DNA of 64,000 bases from Escherichia coli 042 (lineage in GTDB: Bacteria > Pseudomonadota > Gammaproteobacteria > Enterobacterales > Enterobacteriaceae): assembly GCF_000027125.1 (NCBI RefSeq), contig NC_017626.1, one strand, 5' to 3'. Positions 24,757-36,236 of this stretch are shown here, one piece after another (position 1 is the first letter of the stretch; the number at the start of each line of letters is the position of its first letter). The translations under genes were made by a program, and so were the position numbers. The notes under the pieces are model-generated. The model was not told where the DNA came from and did no database searches. It saw nothing but the letters and a program-made list of their open reading frames with translations.

Positions 24757-25521
24757 ATGGAAAATATAATGAACAATCCGGTTATCGGTGTCGTAATGTG
24801 CAGGAACAGGCTTAAGGGTCATGCGACCCAGACTCTGCAAGAAAAGTACCTGAATGCCATCATCCACGCAGGCGGCTTGCCAATTGCGCTGCCACATGCG
24901 CTGGCGGAACCGTCATTACTTGAACAACTTTTGCCGAAACTCGATGGCATTTATCTTCCTGGTAGTCCCAGCAATGTGCAGCCGCACCTATATGGTGAAA
25001 ACGGCGATGAGCCTGACGCCGATCCCGGGCGTGATCTTCTGAGCATGGCGTTAATTAATGCCGCACTCGAAAGGCGCATCCCCATTTTCGCCATCTGCCG
25101 GGGTTTACAGGAACTGGTGGTGGCAACCGGTGGTTCGTTGCATCGCAAGCTGTGCGAACAGCCTGAATTGCTGGAACATCGGGAAGATCCCGAACTGCCG
25201 GTGGAGCAGCAATATGCGCCGTCGCATGAAGTTCAGGTTGACGAGGGGGGATTACTGTCTGCGTTGTTACCTGAATGTAGCAACTTTTGGGTAAACTCTC
25301 TGCATGGACAAGGGGCGAAGGTCGTTAGCCCACGGTTGCGTGTTGAAGCTCGCTCGCCGGATGGCTTAGTTGAGGCGGTTAGCGTCATCAATCATCCTTT
25401 TGCGCTGGGCGTACAGTGGCACCCGGAATGGAACAGTAGCGAGTACGCGCTTTCGCGTATATTGTTCGAGGGCTTTATCACCGCTTGTCAGCACCATATC
25501 GCTGAAAAACAGCGACTCTGA
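24757..25521 (+). CDS. puuD: Gamma-glutamyl-GABA hydrolase (class I glutamine amidotransferase)
   Basis: 254 aa from MENIMNNPVIGVVMC...; catalytic Cys in AICRGLQ. Confidence 0.9.
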   Translation: MENIMNNPVIGVVMCRNRLKGHATQTLQEKYLNAIIHAGGLPIALPHALAEPSLLEQLLPKLDGIYLPGSPSNVQPHLYGENGDEPDADPGRDLLSMALINAALERRIPIFAICRGLQELVVATGGSLHRKLCEQPELLEHREDPELPVEQQYAPSHEVQVDEGGLLSALLPECSNFWVNSLHGQGAKVVSPRLRVEARSPDGLVEAVSVINHPFALGVQWHPEWNSSEYALSRILFEGFITACQHHIAEKQRL

Positions 25522-25547
25522 CCACTACAGTTTAAGGAAATGCAAAT

Positions 25548-26105
25548 ATGAGTGATGAGGGACTGGCGCCAGGAAAACGCTTGTCGGAAATCCGCCAGCA
25601 GCAGGGGCTTTCACAACGTCGTGCCGCCGAACTCTCCGGGCTGACTCACAGTGCTATCAGTACGATAGAACAAGATAAAGTCAGCCCTGCCATCAGTACG
25701 CTGCAAAAGCTGCTGAAGGTGTATGGTCTGTCACTCTCGGAATTCTTTTCCGAGCCGGAAAAACCTGATGAGCCGCAGGTCGTCATTAATCAGGACGACT
25801 TAATTGAGATGGGCAGTCAGGGTGTGTCAATGAAGCTGGTTCATAACGGTAACCCGAATCGCACGCTGGCGATGATCTTTGAAACGTACCAGCCGGGCAC
25901 AACCACTGGGGAAAGAATTAAGCATCAGGGTGAGGAAATAGGCACTGTACTGGAAGGTGAAATTGTTCTGACGATTAATGGTCAGGATTACCACCTCGTC
26001 GCGGGGCAAAGTTATGCCATTAATACCGGCATCCCGCACAGTTTCAGTAATACGTCGGCAGGTATTTGCCGAATTATCAGCGCCCATACGCCCACCACGT
26101 TTTAA
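25548..26105 (+). CDS. puuR: HTH-type repressor PuuR (XRE HTH plus cupin)
   Basis: 185 aa; N-terminal HTH (LSQRRAAELSGLTHSAISTIEQDK) and C-terminal cupin. Confidence 0.9.
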   Translation: MSDEGLAPGKRLSEIRQQQGLSQRRAAELSGLTHSAISTIEQDKVSPAISTLQKLLKVYGLSLSEFFSEPEKPDEPQVVINQDDLIEMGSQGVSMKLVHNGNPNRTLAMIFETYQPGTTTGERIKHQGEEIGTVLEGEIVLTINGQDYHLVAGQSYAINTGIPHSFSNTSAGICRIISAHTPTTF

Positions 26106-26254
26106 TCTTTTTGTTCTGTAAGCCGGGTAAGCGCAATGCGCCCGGCAATCTATAAAGAATGTCGCCAGAAATAAACGGGCATACGGCCCGGGGATCTCTG
26201 CGCCCTGACGTTCACAAACTGCATATATCTGATAGACGTGAAACAGGAGTCATA

Positions 26255-27742
26255 ATGAATTTTCATCATCTGGCTTACTGGCAGGATAAAGCGTTAAGTC
26301 TCGCCATTGAAACCCGCTTATTTATTAACGGTGAATATACTGCTGCGGCGGAAAATGAAACTTTTGAAACCGTTGATCCGGTCACCCAGGCACCGCTGGC
26401 GAAAATTGCCCGCGGCAAGAGCGTCGATATCGACCGTGCAGTGAGCGCAGCACGCGGCGTATTTGAACGCGGCGACTGGTCACTCTCTTCTCCGGCTAAA
26501 CGTAAAGCGGTACTGAATAAACTCGCCGATTTAATGGAAGCCAACGCCGAAGAGTTGGCACTGCTGGAAACGCTCGACACCGGCAAACCGATTCGTCACA
26601 GTCTGCGTGATGATATTCCCGGCGCGGCGCGCGCCATTCGCTGGTACGCCGAAGCGATCGACAAAGTGTATGGCGAAGTGGCGACCACCAGTAGCCATGA
26701 GCTGGCGATGATCGTGCGTGAACCGGTCGGCGTGATTGCCGCCATCGTGCCGTGGAACTTCCCGCTGCTGCTGACTTGCTGGAAACTCGGCCCGGCGCTG
26801 GCGGCGGGAAACAGCGTGATTCTAAAACCGTCTGAAAAATCACCGCTTAGTGCGATTCGTCTCGCGGGGCTGGCGAAAGAAGCAGGTCTGCCGGATGGCG
26901 TGTTGAACGTGGTGACGGGTTTTGGTCATGAAGCGGGGCAGGCGCTGTCGCGTCATAACGATATCGATGCCATCGCCTTTACCGGTTCGACCCGTACCGG
27001 GAAACAGCTGCTGAAAGATGCAGGCGACAGCAACATGAAACGCGTCTGGCTGGAAGCGGGCGGCAAAAGCGCCAACATCGTTTTCGCCGACTGTCCGGAT
27101 TTACAACAGGCAGCAAGCGCCACCGCAGCAGGCATCTTCTACAACCAGGGGCAGGTGTGTATCGCCGGAACGCGCCTGTTGCTGGAAGAGAGCATCGCCG
27201 ATGAATTCTTAGACCTGTTAAAACAGCAGGCGCAAAACTGGCAGCCGGGCCATCCACTTGATCCCGCAACCACCATGGGCACCTTAATCGACTGCGCCCA
27301 CGCCGACTCGGTCCATAGCTTTATTCGGGAAGGCGAAAGCAAAGGGCAACTGCTGCTGGATGGCCGTAACGCCGAGCTGGCTGCCGCCATCGGCCCGACC
27401 ATCTTTGTGGAGGTAGATCCGAATGCGTCCTTAAGCCGCGAAGAGATTTTCGGTCCGGTGCTGGTGGTCACGCGTTTCACATCAGAAGAACAGGCGCTAC
27501 AGCTTGCCAACGACAGCCAGTACGGACTTGGCGCGGCGGTATGGACGCGCGACCTCTCCCGCGCGCACCGCATGAGTCGCCGCCTGAAAGCCGGCTCCGT
27601 CTTCGTCAATAACTACAACGACGGCGATATGACCGTGCCGTTTGGCGGCTATAAGCAGAGCGGCAACGGGCGCGACAAATCCCTGCATGCCCTTGAAAAA
27701 TTCACCGAACTGAAAACCATCTGGATAAGCCTGGAGGCCTGA
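26255..27742 (+). CDS. puuC: Gamma-glutamyl-gamma-aminobutyraldehyde dehydrogenase (aldehyde dehydrogenase family)
   Basis: 495 aa from MNFHHLAYWQDK...; ALDH motifs (ELGGKSA-like, catalytic Cys in GQVCIAGTR). Confidence 0.9.
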   Translation: MNFHHLAYWQDKALSLAIETRLFINGEYTAAAENETFETVDPVTQAPLAKIARGKSVDIDRAVSAARGVFERGDWSLSSPAKRKAVLNKLADLMEANAEELALLETLDTGKPIRHSLRDDIPGAARAIRWYAEAIDKVYGEVATTSSHELAMIVREPVGVIAAIVPWNFPLLLTCWKLGPALAAGNSVILKPSEKSPLSAIRLAGLAKEAGLPDGVLNVVTGFGHEAGQALSRHNDIDAIAFTGSTRTGKQLLKDAGDSNMKRVWLEAGGKSANIVFADCPDLQQAASATAAGIFYNQGQVCIAGTRLLLEESIADEFLDLLKQQAQNWQPGHPLDPATTMGTLIDCAHADSVHSFIREGESKGQLLLDGRNAELAAAIGPTIFVEVDPNASLSREEIFGPVLVVTRFTSEEQALQLANDSQYGLGAAVWTRDLSRAHRMSRRLKAGSVFVNNYNDGDMTVPFGGYKQSGNGRDKSLHALEKFTELKTIWISLEA

Positions 27743-27743
27743 A

Positions 27744-29024
27744 ATGACCGAACATACCAGCAGTTACTACGCCGCCAGTGCGAATAAATACGCGCCATTC
27801 GACACGCTGAATGAGTCGATTTCCTGCGACGTTTGCGTGGTCGGTGGCGGCTATACCGGGCTGTCTTCCGCGCTGCATCTGGCGGAAGCGGGCTTTGACG
27901 TGGTGGTTCTTGAAGCCTCACGCATCGGCTTCGGCGCAAGCGGACGCAACGGCGGGCAGCTTGTGAACTCCTACAGCCGCGACATCGACGTCATTGAAAA
28001 AAGCTACGGCATGGACACCGCCCGTATGCTCGGCAGCATGATGTTCGAAGGTGGCGAGATCATCCGCGAACGTATCAAACGTTATCAGATTGACTGCGAC
28101 TACCGCCCCGGCGGCCTGTTTGTGGCGATGAATGATAAACAGCTCGCGACTCTGGAAGAGCAGAAAGAGAACTGGGAACGCTACGGCAATAAACAGCTGG
28201 AATTGCTGGACGCCAACGCCATTCGCCGCGAGGTCGCCAGCGATCGCTACACTGGTGCGCTGCTGGATCACAGCGGTGGGCATATTCACCCGCTAAACCT
28301 CGCCATTGGTGAAGCCGATGCCATCCGCCTGAACGGCGGGCGCGTGTATGAGCTTTCCGCCGTGACGCAGATCCAGCACACCACGCCAGCCGTGGTGCGG
28401 ACTGCCAATGGTCAGGTGACGGCGAAGTATGTGATTGTCGCCGGGAATGCGTATCTGGGCGATAAAGTAGAGCCGGAACTAGCGAAACGCAGCATGCCGT
28501 GCGGCACGCAGGTGATCACCACCGAACGGCTGTCGGAAGATTTAGCCCGTTCGCTGATCCCGAAAAACTACTGCGTTGAAGACTGTAACTATCTGCTTGA
28601 TTACTACCGTCTTACCGCCGATAACCGCCTGCTGTACGGCGGCGGCGTGGTCTACGGCGCGCGCGACCCGGATGACGTTGAGCGCCTTGTGGTGCCGAAA
28701 CTGCTGAAAACCTTCCCGCAGCTGAAGGGCGTGAAAATTGATTACCGCTGGACGGGCAACTTCCTGCTGACCTTGTCGCGCATGCCGCAGTTCGGTCGCC
28801 TTGATACCAACATCTATTACATGCAGGGTTACAGCGGCCACGGCGTCACCTGTACCCATCTTGCCGGGCGTTTGATTGCCGAACTGCTGCGCGGCGACGC
28901 CGAACGTTTCGATGCCTTCGCCAATCTGCCGCATTACCCGTTCCCCGGCGGGCGCACGCTGCGCGTGCCATTTACCGCGATGGGCGCGGCTTATTACAGC
29001 CTGCGCGATCGTCTGGGCGTTTAA
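27744..29024 (+). CDS. puuB: Gamma-glutamylputrescine oxidase (FAD-dependent)
   Basis: 426 aa; N-terminal FAD-binding fold VCVVGGGYTGLSSALHLAEAG. Confidence 0.9.
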   Translation: MTEHTSSYYAASANKYAPFDTLNESISCDVCVVGGGYTGLSSALHLAEAGFDVVVLEASRIGFGASGRNGGQLVNSYSRDIDVIEKSYGMDTARMLGSMMFEGGEIIRERIKRYQIDCDYRPGGLFVAMNDKQLATLEEQKENWERYGNKQLELLDANAIRREVASDRYTGALLDHSGGHIHPLNLAIGEADAIRLNGGRVYELSAVTQIQHTTPAVVRTANGQVTAKYVIVAGNAYLGDKVEPELAKRSMPCGTQVITTERLSEDLARSLIPKNYCVEDCNYLLDYYRLTADNRLLYGGGVVYGARDPDDVERLVVPKLLKTFPQLKGVKIDYRWTGNFLLTLSRMPQFGRLDTNIYYMQGYSGHGVTCTHLAGRLIAELLRGDAERFDAFANLPHYPFPGGRTLRVPFTAMGAAYYSLRDRLGV

Positions 29025-29061
29025 TTTCCGATTAACAGTGAAGAGTCAAAAGGTGTGAAAC

Positions 29062-30327
29062 ATGAGCAACAATGAATTCCATCAGCGTCGTCTTTCTGCT
29101 ACCCCACGCGGGGTTGGCGTGATGTGTAACTTCTTCGCCCAGTCGGCAGAAAACGCTACGCTGAAGGACGTAGAGGGCAACGAATACATCGATTTCGCCG
29201 CAGGCATTGCGGTGCTGAATACCGGGCATCGCCACCCTGATCTGGTCGCGGCGGTGGAGCAGCAATTGCAACAGTTTACCCACACGGCGTATCAGATTGT
29301 GCCGTACGAAAGCTACGTCACCCTGGCGGAGAAAATTAACGCCCTTGCCCCGGTGAGCGGGCAGGCTAAAACTGCGTTCTTCACCACCGGTGCGGAAGCG
29401 GTTGAGAACGCGGTGAAAATCGCCCGCGCCCATACCGGACGCCCTGGCGTGATTGCGTTTAGCGGCGGCTTCCACGGTCGTACATATATGACCATGGCGC
29501 TGACCGGAAAGGTCGCGCCATACAAAATCGGCTTCGGCCCGTTCCCCGGTTCGGTATATCACGTACCTTATCCGTCAGATTTACATGGCGTTTCAACGCA
29601 GGACTCTCTCGACGCCATCGAACGCTTGTTTAAATCGGACATTGAAGCGAAGCAGGTGGCGGCGATTATTTTCGAACCGGTGCAGGGCGAAGGCGGTTTC
29701 AACGTTGCACCAAAAGAGCTGGTTGCCGCCATTCGCCGCCTGTGCGACGAGCACGGCATTGTGATGATTGCCGATGAAGTGCAAAGCGGCTTTGCGCGTA
29801 CCGGTAAACTGTTTGCCATGGATCACTACGCCGATAAGCCGGACTTAATGACGATGGCGAAAAGCCTCGCAGGCGGCATGCCGCTTTCGGGCGTGGTCGG
29901 TAACGCGAATATTATGGACGCGCCCGCGCCGGGCGGGTTGGGTGGTACTTACGCCGGGAACCCGCTGGCGGTGGCTGCCGCGCACGCTGTGCTCAACATT
30001 ATCGACAAAGAATCACTCTGTGAACGCGCGAATCAACTGGGCCAGCGCCTGACAAACACGTTGATTGATGCCAAAGAAAGCGTTCCGGCCATCGCGGCGG
30101 TACGCGGTCTGGGGTCTATGATTGCGGCAGAGTTTAACGATCCGCAAACGGGCGAGCCGTCAGCGGCGATTGCACAGAAAATCCAGCAACGCGCGCTGGC
30201 GCAGGGGCTGCTTCTGCTGACCTGTGGCGCATACGGCAACGTGATTCGTTTCCTGTATCCGCTGACCATCCCGGATGCGCAATTCGATGCGGCAATGAAA
30301 ATTTTGCAGGATGCGCTGAACGATTAA
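29062..30327 (+). CDS. puuE: 4-aminobutyrate aminotransferase (class III PLP aminotransferase)
   Basis: 421 aa; class III aminotransferase motifs including the PLP-lysine region (FAMDHY...MTMAKSLAGG). Confidence 0.92.
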   Translation: MSNNEFHQRRLSATPRGVGVMCNFFAQSAENATLKDVEGNEYIDFAAGIAVLNTGHRHPDLVAAVEQQLQQFTHTAYQIVPYESYVTLAEKINALAPVSGQAKTAFFTTGAEAVENAVKIARAHTGRPGVIAFSGGFHGRTYMTMALTGKVAPYKIGFGPFPGSVYHVPYPSDLHGVSTQDSLDAIERLFKSDIEAKQVAAIIFEPVQGEGGFNVAPKELVAAIRRLCDEHGIVMIADEVQSGFARTGKLFAMDHYADKPDLMTMAKSLAGGMPLSGVVGNANIMDAPAPGGLGGTYAGNPLAVAAAHAVLNIIDKESLCERANQLGQRLTNTLIDAKESVPAIAAVRGLGSMIAAEFNDPQTGEPSAAIAQKIQQRALAQGLLLLTCGAYGNVIRFLYPLTIPDAQFDAAMKILQDALND

Positions 30328-30343
30328 TAGCCCAACGCAATAA

Positions 30344-30428
30344 TGTCTGATGCGCTGCGCTTATCAGGCCTGCAAACGACGTATTGATTATGTATGCCGG
30401 ACAAAGCATTCACGCCGCATCCGGCAAG
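30344..30428. repeat. Pair of REP elements in opposite orientation (BIME-like)
   Basis: tgatgcgctgcgcttatcaggcctgc and gccggacaaagcattcacgccgcatccggca, both canonical REP-type sequences. Confidence 0.65.
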
Positions 30429-30446
30429 TTGTATTGCCCAACTTCG

Positions 30447-31424
30447 CTAAATCTGGTGCTTTTTCAACAACGCGCGGAACTGATGATAGGTTAACCCCAG
30501 TAATTCAGCCGCGCGCTTCTGGTTATATTTCCCTTGTTGCAAACTGAGTTGCAGCAACTCTTTTTCCTGCTGCATCTGAAACTCACGTAAATCCAGCGGC
30601 AGTGTTGGAAGCGAGGTGGTTTCTGAAACGGCGATAGCGTCTTCAGGCGGACGCCGTTTAAAGGGATCAATAATAATGTCATCAAGCGGATAATCGCTGG
30701 TGCCGTGGCGATATACTGAACGTTCCACCACGTTTTTCAATTCACGAATATTTCCCGGCCAGCGATAATTCAGCAATGTTTCTCTGGCGCGCTCCGTAAA
30801 CCCCGGGAACAGAGGCAGCTTGATTTCCCGACACATCTGAATGGCAAAGTGTTCTGCCATCAGCATAATGTCGCTTTCGCGCTCGCGCAGGGGCGGCAGT
30901 TGCACTACATCGAAAGCCAGCCGGTCGAGCAGGTCAGCGCGAAAATTACCTTCATTGACCATCGCCGGGAGATCGGCATTCGTCGCGCATACCAACCGCA
31001 CATTCACCTGCAATGGCTGGCTGCCGCCAACGCGCTCCAGTTCACCGTACTCAATCACACGCAATAATTTCTCCTGCACCATCATCGGTGCCGTAGCGAG
31101 TTCATCAAGAAATAGCGTACCGCCGTCGGCACGTTCAAATCTCCCTGGATGACGTTTTTGCGCACCGGTAAACGCGCCCGCTTCGTGACCAAACAGTTCG
31201 GAATCCAGCAGATTTTCATTTAACGCCGCGCAGTTAAGGGAAATAAACGGCCCCTGCCAACGGGAGGAGAGATAATGCAGACGGCTGGCAATCAGCTCTT
31301 TACCTGTGCCGCGCTCGCCGATGATGAGCACCGGTTTGTCCAGCGGTGCGAGATGCGAAACCTGTTCCAGCACTTCGAGAAAGCTGTTCGCCTCACCGAG
31401 TAAATTATCTTTGTATTCTGCCAT
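30447..31424 (-). CDS. pspF: Sigma54-dependent activator PspF (AAA+ enhancer-binding protein)
   Basis: 325 aa; Walker A (GERGTGKE), GAFTGA motif, C-terminal HTH. Confidence 0.93.
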   Translation of the reverse strand: MAEYKDNLLGEANSFLEVLEQVSHLAPLDKPVLIIGERGTGKELIASRLHYLSSRWQGPFISLNCAALNENLLDSELFGHEAGAFTGAQKRHPGRFERADGGTLFLDELATAPMMVQEKLLRVIEYGELERVGGSQPLQVNVRLVCATNADLPAMVNEGNFRADLLDRLAFDVVQLPPLRERESDIMLMAEHFAIQMCREIKLPLFPGFTERARETLLNYRWPGNIRELKNVVERSVYRHGTSDYPLDDIIIDPFKRRPPEDAIAVSETTSLPTLPLDLREFQMQQEKELLQLSLQQGKYNQKRAAELLGLTYHQFRALLKKHQI

Positions 31425-31518
31425 GATGAAATTCGCTACTTGTTAGTGTAATTCGCTAACTCATCCTGGCATGTTGCTGTTGATTCTTCAATCAGATCTT
31501 TATAAATCAAAAAGATAA

Positions 31519-32259
<741 letters not shown>

Positions 32260-32312
32260 TAACATCCAGGCGGCGTCCGAACGCGCCGCCGCTCATCGTC
32301 TAAGGAGTACTT

Positions 32313-32537
32313 ATGAGCGCGCTATTTCTGGCTATTCCGTTAACCATTTTTGTGCTGTTTGTTTTACCGATCTGGTTATGGCTGCATTACAGCAATCGTT
32401 CTGGTCGCAGTGAATTGTCGCAAAGTGAGCAGCAGCGATTAGCGCAACTGGCTGATGAAGCAAAACGGATGCGCGAACGTATTCAGGCGCTGGAATCTAT
32501 TCTTGATGCAGAACATCCGAACTGGAGGGATCGCTAA
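32313..32537 (+). CDS. pspB: Phage shock protein B
   Basis: 74-aa single-TM protein. Confidence 0.9.
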   Translation: MSALFLAIPLTIFVLFVLPIWLWLHYSNRSGRSELSQSEQQRLAQLADEAKRMRERIQALESILDAEHPNWRDR

Positions 32538-32896
32538 TGGCGGGCATTAATCTCAATAAAAAATTATGGCGTATTCCACAGCAGGGCATGGTCCGTGGCG
32601 TCTGCGCCGGGATTGCCAACTATTTTGATGTACCAGTAAAACTGGTGCGTATCCTGGTGGTGCTGTCGATTTTCTTCGGTCTGGCGCTGTTTACCCTGGT
32701 TGCTTACATCATTTTGTCATTTGCGCTTGATCCAATGCCGGACAACATGGCCTTTGGTGAGCAGCTACCTTCCAGCAGTGAATTGCTGGATGAAGTCGAC
32801 CGTGAACTGGCGGCAAGTGAAACGCGTTTACGCGAGATGGAACGTTATGTCACTTCCGATACTTTCACGTTACGTAGCCGTTTCCGTCAACTGTGA
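32537..32896 (+). CDS. pspC: Phage shock protein C
   Basis: 119 aa; start overlaps the pspB stop. Confidence 0.9.
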
Positions 32897-32904
32897 GGGA
32901 AGTT

Positions 32905-33126
32905 ATGAATACTCGCTGGCAACAGGCCGGGCAAAAGGTGAAGCCTGGTTTCAAATTAGCAGGCAAGCTGGTACTTCTTACCGCACTGCGCTATGGCCCG
33001 GCGGGTGTAGCTGGCTGGGCGATAAAATCAGTTGCTCGCCGACCACTGAAAATGTTGCTGGCCGTGGCGCTGGAACCGCTGTTAAGCCGGGCAGCCAATA
33101 AACTGGCGCAGCGTTATAAAAGGTGA
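32905..33126 (+). CDS. pspD: Phage shock protein D
   Basis: 73 aa from [12 protein letters not shown]... Confidence 0.85.
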
Positions 33127-33200
33127 GGGGAGTTTCGCAAAAATTGTTAAAGCTAAGGCATATTATGGATGGCAATTTTCATCCATAGAAGGACGCTTAC

Positions 33201-33515
33201 ATGTTTAAAAAAGGCTTACTTGCTCTGACACTGGTGTTTTCACTGCCCGTTTTCGCCGCTGAACACTGGATCGATGTTCGTGTTCCAGAGCAGTATCAGC
33301 AAGAGCACGTTCAGGGAGCCATCAATATTCCCCTGAAGGAAGTGAAAGAGCGCATTGCCACCGCCGTTCCGGATAAAAACGACACCGTGAAAGTGTATTG
33401 CAATGCCGGACGCCAGTCAGGGCAGGCAAAAGAGATCCTTAGCGAGATGGGATATACCCACGTTGAGAACGCCGGCGGCCTGAAAGACATCGCAATGCCG
33501 AAGGTCAAAGGTTAA
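33201..33515 (+). CDS. pspE: Thiosulfate sulfurtransferase PspE (rhodanese)
   Basis: 104 aa; signal peptide and rhodanese active-site Cys in VYCNAGRQS. Confidence 0.9.
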   Translation: MFKKGLLALTLVFSLPVFAAEHWIDVRVPEQYQQEHVQGAINIPLKEVKERIATAVPDKNDTVKVYCNAGRQSGQAKEILSEMGYTHVENAGGLKDIAMPKVKG

Positions 33516-33633
33516 CAAATTACTTATTGAGCGGTGTAAACAACGCCGCTTATTCATTTGATAAATCAAAATTAACCCACATTATTATCTCCAGTATCTA
33601 ATCCTTTCTACAGCTTTCTGGCACAGGACAGCA

Positions 33634-35031
33634 ATGAAGCGACTTAAAAATGAACTCAATGCGCTGGTGAATCGGGGTGTCGACAGACATCTGCGCCTCG
33701 CTGTAACCGGACTTAGCCGCAGCGGCAAAACAGCGTTTATCACCGCGATGGTTAATCAGTTGCTCAATATTCATGCCGGAGCACGTTTGCCGCTTTTAAG
33801 TGCGGTGCGTGAAGAGCGCCTGCTGGGCGTAAAACGCATTCCCCAGCGTGACTTTGGCATTCCGCGCTTCACCTATGATGAAGGGCTGGCGCAGTTATAT
33901 GGCGATCCTCCCGCCTGGCCAACGCCAACGCGCGGCGTCAGTGAAATCCGCCTGGCGCTACGTTTTAAATCGAACGATTCGCTGCTACGCCACTTCAAGG
34001 ACACCTCCACGCTGTATCTGGAGATTGTGGATTATCCCGGCGAATGGCTGCTCGATCTGCCGATGCTGGCGCAGGACTATTTAAGCTGGTCGCGCCAGAT
34101 GACGGGCTTACTTAATGGTCAGCGCGGCGAATGGTCGGCGAAATGGCGAATGATGTGCGAAGGGCTGGATCCGCTAGCGCCTGCCGACGAAAACCGGCTG
34201 GCAGACATTGCCGCCGCGTGGACCGATTATCTCCACCACTGTAAACAGCAGGGGCTGCACTTTATTCAGCCTGGGCGCTTTGTCTTGCCGGGAGATATGG
34301 CAGGTGCGCCCGCGCTGCAATTCTTCCCGTGGCCGGATGTCGATGCCTGGGGTGAGTCCAAACTGGCGCAGGCCGATAAGCATACCAATGCCGGAATGCT
34401 GCGCGAGCGGTTTAATTATTACTGCGAGAAAGTGGTGAAGGGGTTCTATAAGAATCATTTTCTGCGCTTTGACCGCCAGATTGTGCTGGTGGATTGCCTG
34501 CAGCCTCTCAACAGTGGGCCACAGGCATTTAATGATATGCGTCTGGCGCTGACGCAGCTGATGCAAAGTTTCCACTACGGGCAGCGAACCCTGTTCCGGC
34601 GTTTGTTTTCGCCGGTTATCGATAAGCTATTGTTTGCTGCCACTAAAGCAGACCATGTGACCATCGATCAGCACGCCAATATGGTTTCATTACTGCAACA
34701 ACTAATTCAGGATGCCTGGCAAAATGCGGCGTTCGAAGGGATCAGCATGGACTGCCTGGGGCTGGCGTCAGTTCAGGCGACCACCAGCGGCATTATTGAT
34801 GTTAACGGTGAGAAAATCCCGGCGCTGCGCGGTAATCGACTCAGTGATGGCGCACCGCTCACTGTTTATCCTGGCGAAGTTCCCGCACGTTTGCCTGGTC
34901 AGGCGTTCTGGGATAAGCAAGGCTTCCAGTTTGAGGCGTTTCGTCCGCAGGTGATGGATGTCGACAAACCGCTGCCGCATATTCGTCTTGATGCTGCGCT
35001 GGAATTTTTAATAGGAGATAAATTGCGATGA
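33634..35031 (+). CDS. ycjX: YcjX, predicted P-loop NTPase (DUF463)
   Basis: 465 aa; Walker A-like [10 protein letters not shown]. Confidence 0.9.
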   Translation: MKRLKNELNALVNRGVDRHLRLAVTGLSRSGKTAFITAMVNQLLNIHAGARLPLLSAVREERLLGVKRIPQRDFGIPRFTYDEGLAQLYGDPPAWPTPTRGVSEIRLALRFKSNDSLLRHFKDTSTLYLEIVDYPGEWLLDLPMLAQDYLSWSRQMTGLLNGQRGEWSAKWRMMCEGLDPLAPADENRLADIAAAWTDYLHHCKQQGLHFIQPGRFVLPGDMAGAPALQFFPWPDVDAWGESKLAQADKHTNAGMLRERFNYYCEKVVKGFYKNHFLRFDRQIVLVDCLQPLNSGPQAFNDMRLALTQLMQSFHYGQRTLFRRLFSPVIDKLLFAATKADHVTIDQHANMVSLLQQLIQDAWQNAAFEGISMDCLGLASVQATTSGIIDVNGEKIPALRGNRLSDGAPLTVYPGEVPARLPGQAFWDKQGFQFEAFRPQVMDVDKPLPHIRLDAALEFLIGDKLR

Positions 35032-36089
35032 CCGAACCGTTAAAACCACGTATTGATTTCGACGGTCCACTGGAGGTTGATCAGAATTCAAAATTCAGGG
35101 CGCAACAGACCTTTGACGAAAATCAGGCGCAAAATTTTGCCCCGGCCACGCTCGACGAAGCGCAGGAAGAAGAGGGGCAAGTTGAAGCGGTGATGGACGC
35201 AGCGTTACGTCCGAAACGCAGCCTGTGGCGCAAAATGGTGATGGGCGGGTTGGCTCTGTTTGGCGCAAGCGTTGTCGGGCAGGGCGTGCAGTGGACAATG
35301 AACGCCTGGCAAACTCAGGATTGGGTAGCGCTGGGTGGATGTGCCGCTGGGGCATTGATTATCGGCGCTGGCGTAGGTTCTGTGGTAACAGAGTGGCGGC
35401 GCTTATGGCGCTTGCGACAGCGCGCCCATGAACGCGACGAAGCGCGCGATTTGTTGCACAGTCACGGCACGGGTAAAGGCCGCGCATTTTGCGAAAAACT
35501 GGCGCAGCAGGCGGGCATCGACCAGTCGCATCCGGCACTGCAACGCTGGTATGCCTCAATCCATGAAACGCAGAACGATCGTGAAGTGGTCAGCCTGTAT
35601 GCTCATCTGGTCCAGCCGGTTTTAGATGCCCAGGCGCGGCGCGAAATCAGCCGTTCGGCAGCGGAATCAACGTTAATGATCGCCGTTAGCCCGCTGGCGC
35701 TGGTGGATATGGCATTTATCGCCTGGCGCAATCTGCGTTTGATCAATCGCATCGCCACGCTGTATGGCATTGAACTGGGATATTACAGCCGTTTGCGCCT
35801 GTTTAAGCTGGTATTGCTGAATATCGCTTTCGCCGGAGCCAGCGAATTGGTGCGCGAAGTGGGGATGGACTGGATGTCGCAAGATCTCGCTGCGCGTTTG
35901 TCTACCCGGGCAGCTCAGGGGATTGGTGCAGGACTTCTGACGGCACGACTGGGGATTAAAGCTATGGAGCTTTGCCGCCCTCTGCCGTGGATTGACGATG
36001 ACAAACCTCGCCTCGGGGATTTCCGTCGTCGGCTTATCGGTCAGGTGAAAGAGACGCTGCAAAAAGGCAAAACGCCCAGCGAAAAATAA
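35028..36089 (+). CDS. ycjF: YcjF, inner-membrane protein (DUF697/UPF0283)
   Basis: 353 aa; overlaps the ycjX stop by 4 bp. Confidence 0.9.
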   Translation: MTEPLKPRIDFDGPLEVDQNSKFRAQQTFDENQAQNFAPATLDEAQEEEGQVEAVMDAALRPKRSLWRKMVMGGLALFGASVVGQGVQWTMNAWQTQDWVALGGCAAGALIIGAGVGSVVTEWRRLWRLRQRAHERDEARDLLHSHGTGKGRAFCEKLAQQAGIDQSHPALQRWYASIHETQNDREVVSLYAHLVQPVLDAQARREISRSAAESTLMIAVSPLALVDMAFIAWRNLRLINRIATLYGIELGYYSRLRLFKLVLLNIAFAGASELVREVGMDWMSQDLAARLSTRAAQGIGAGLLTARLGIKAMELCRPLPWIDDDKPRLGDFRRRLIGQVKETLQKGKTPSEK

Positions 36090-36148
36090 TGCAATATCGG
36101 GTGCTGACCGGATATCTTTACGCCGAAGTGCCCGTTTTTCCGTCTTTG

Positions 36149-36166
36149 TGTCAATGATTGTTGACA
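36149..36166. promoter_or_regulatory. TyrR box upstream of tyrR (autoregulation)
   Basis: TGTCAA-N6-TTGACA palindrome, matching the TGTAAA-N6-TTTACA TyrR box consensus, about 70 bp upstream of the tyrR start. Confidence 0.55.
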
Positions 36167-36236
36167 GAAACCTTCCTGCTATCCAAATAGTGTCATATCA
36201 TCATATTAATTGTTCTTTTTTCAGGTGAAGGTTCCC

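Noticed and set aside
33600-33633. Possible sigma54 promoter (TGGCACaggacAGCA) upstream of ycjX
   Set aside because: The -24 GG element is present but the -12 element is a poor match to TTGC(A/T), and no enhancer-binding-protein site is evident. Probably a chance match.
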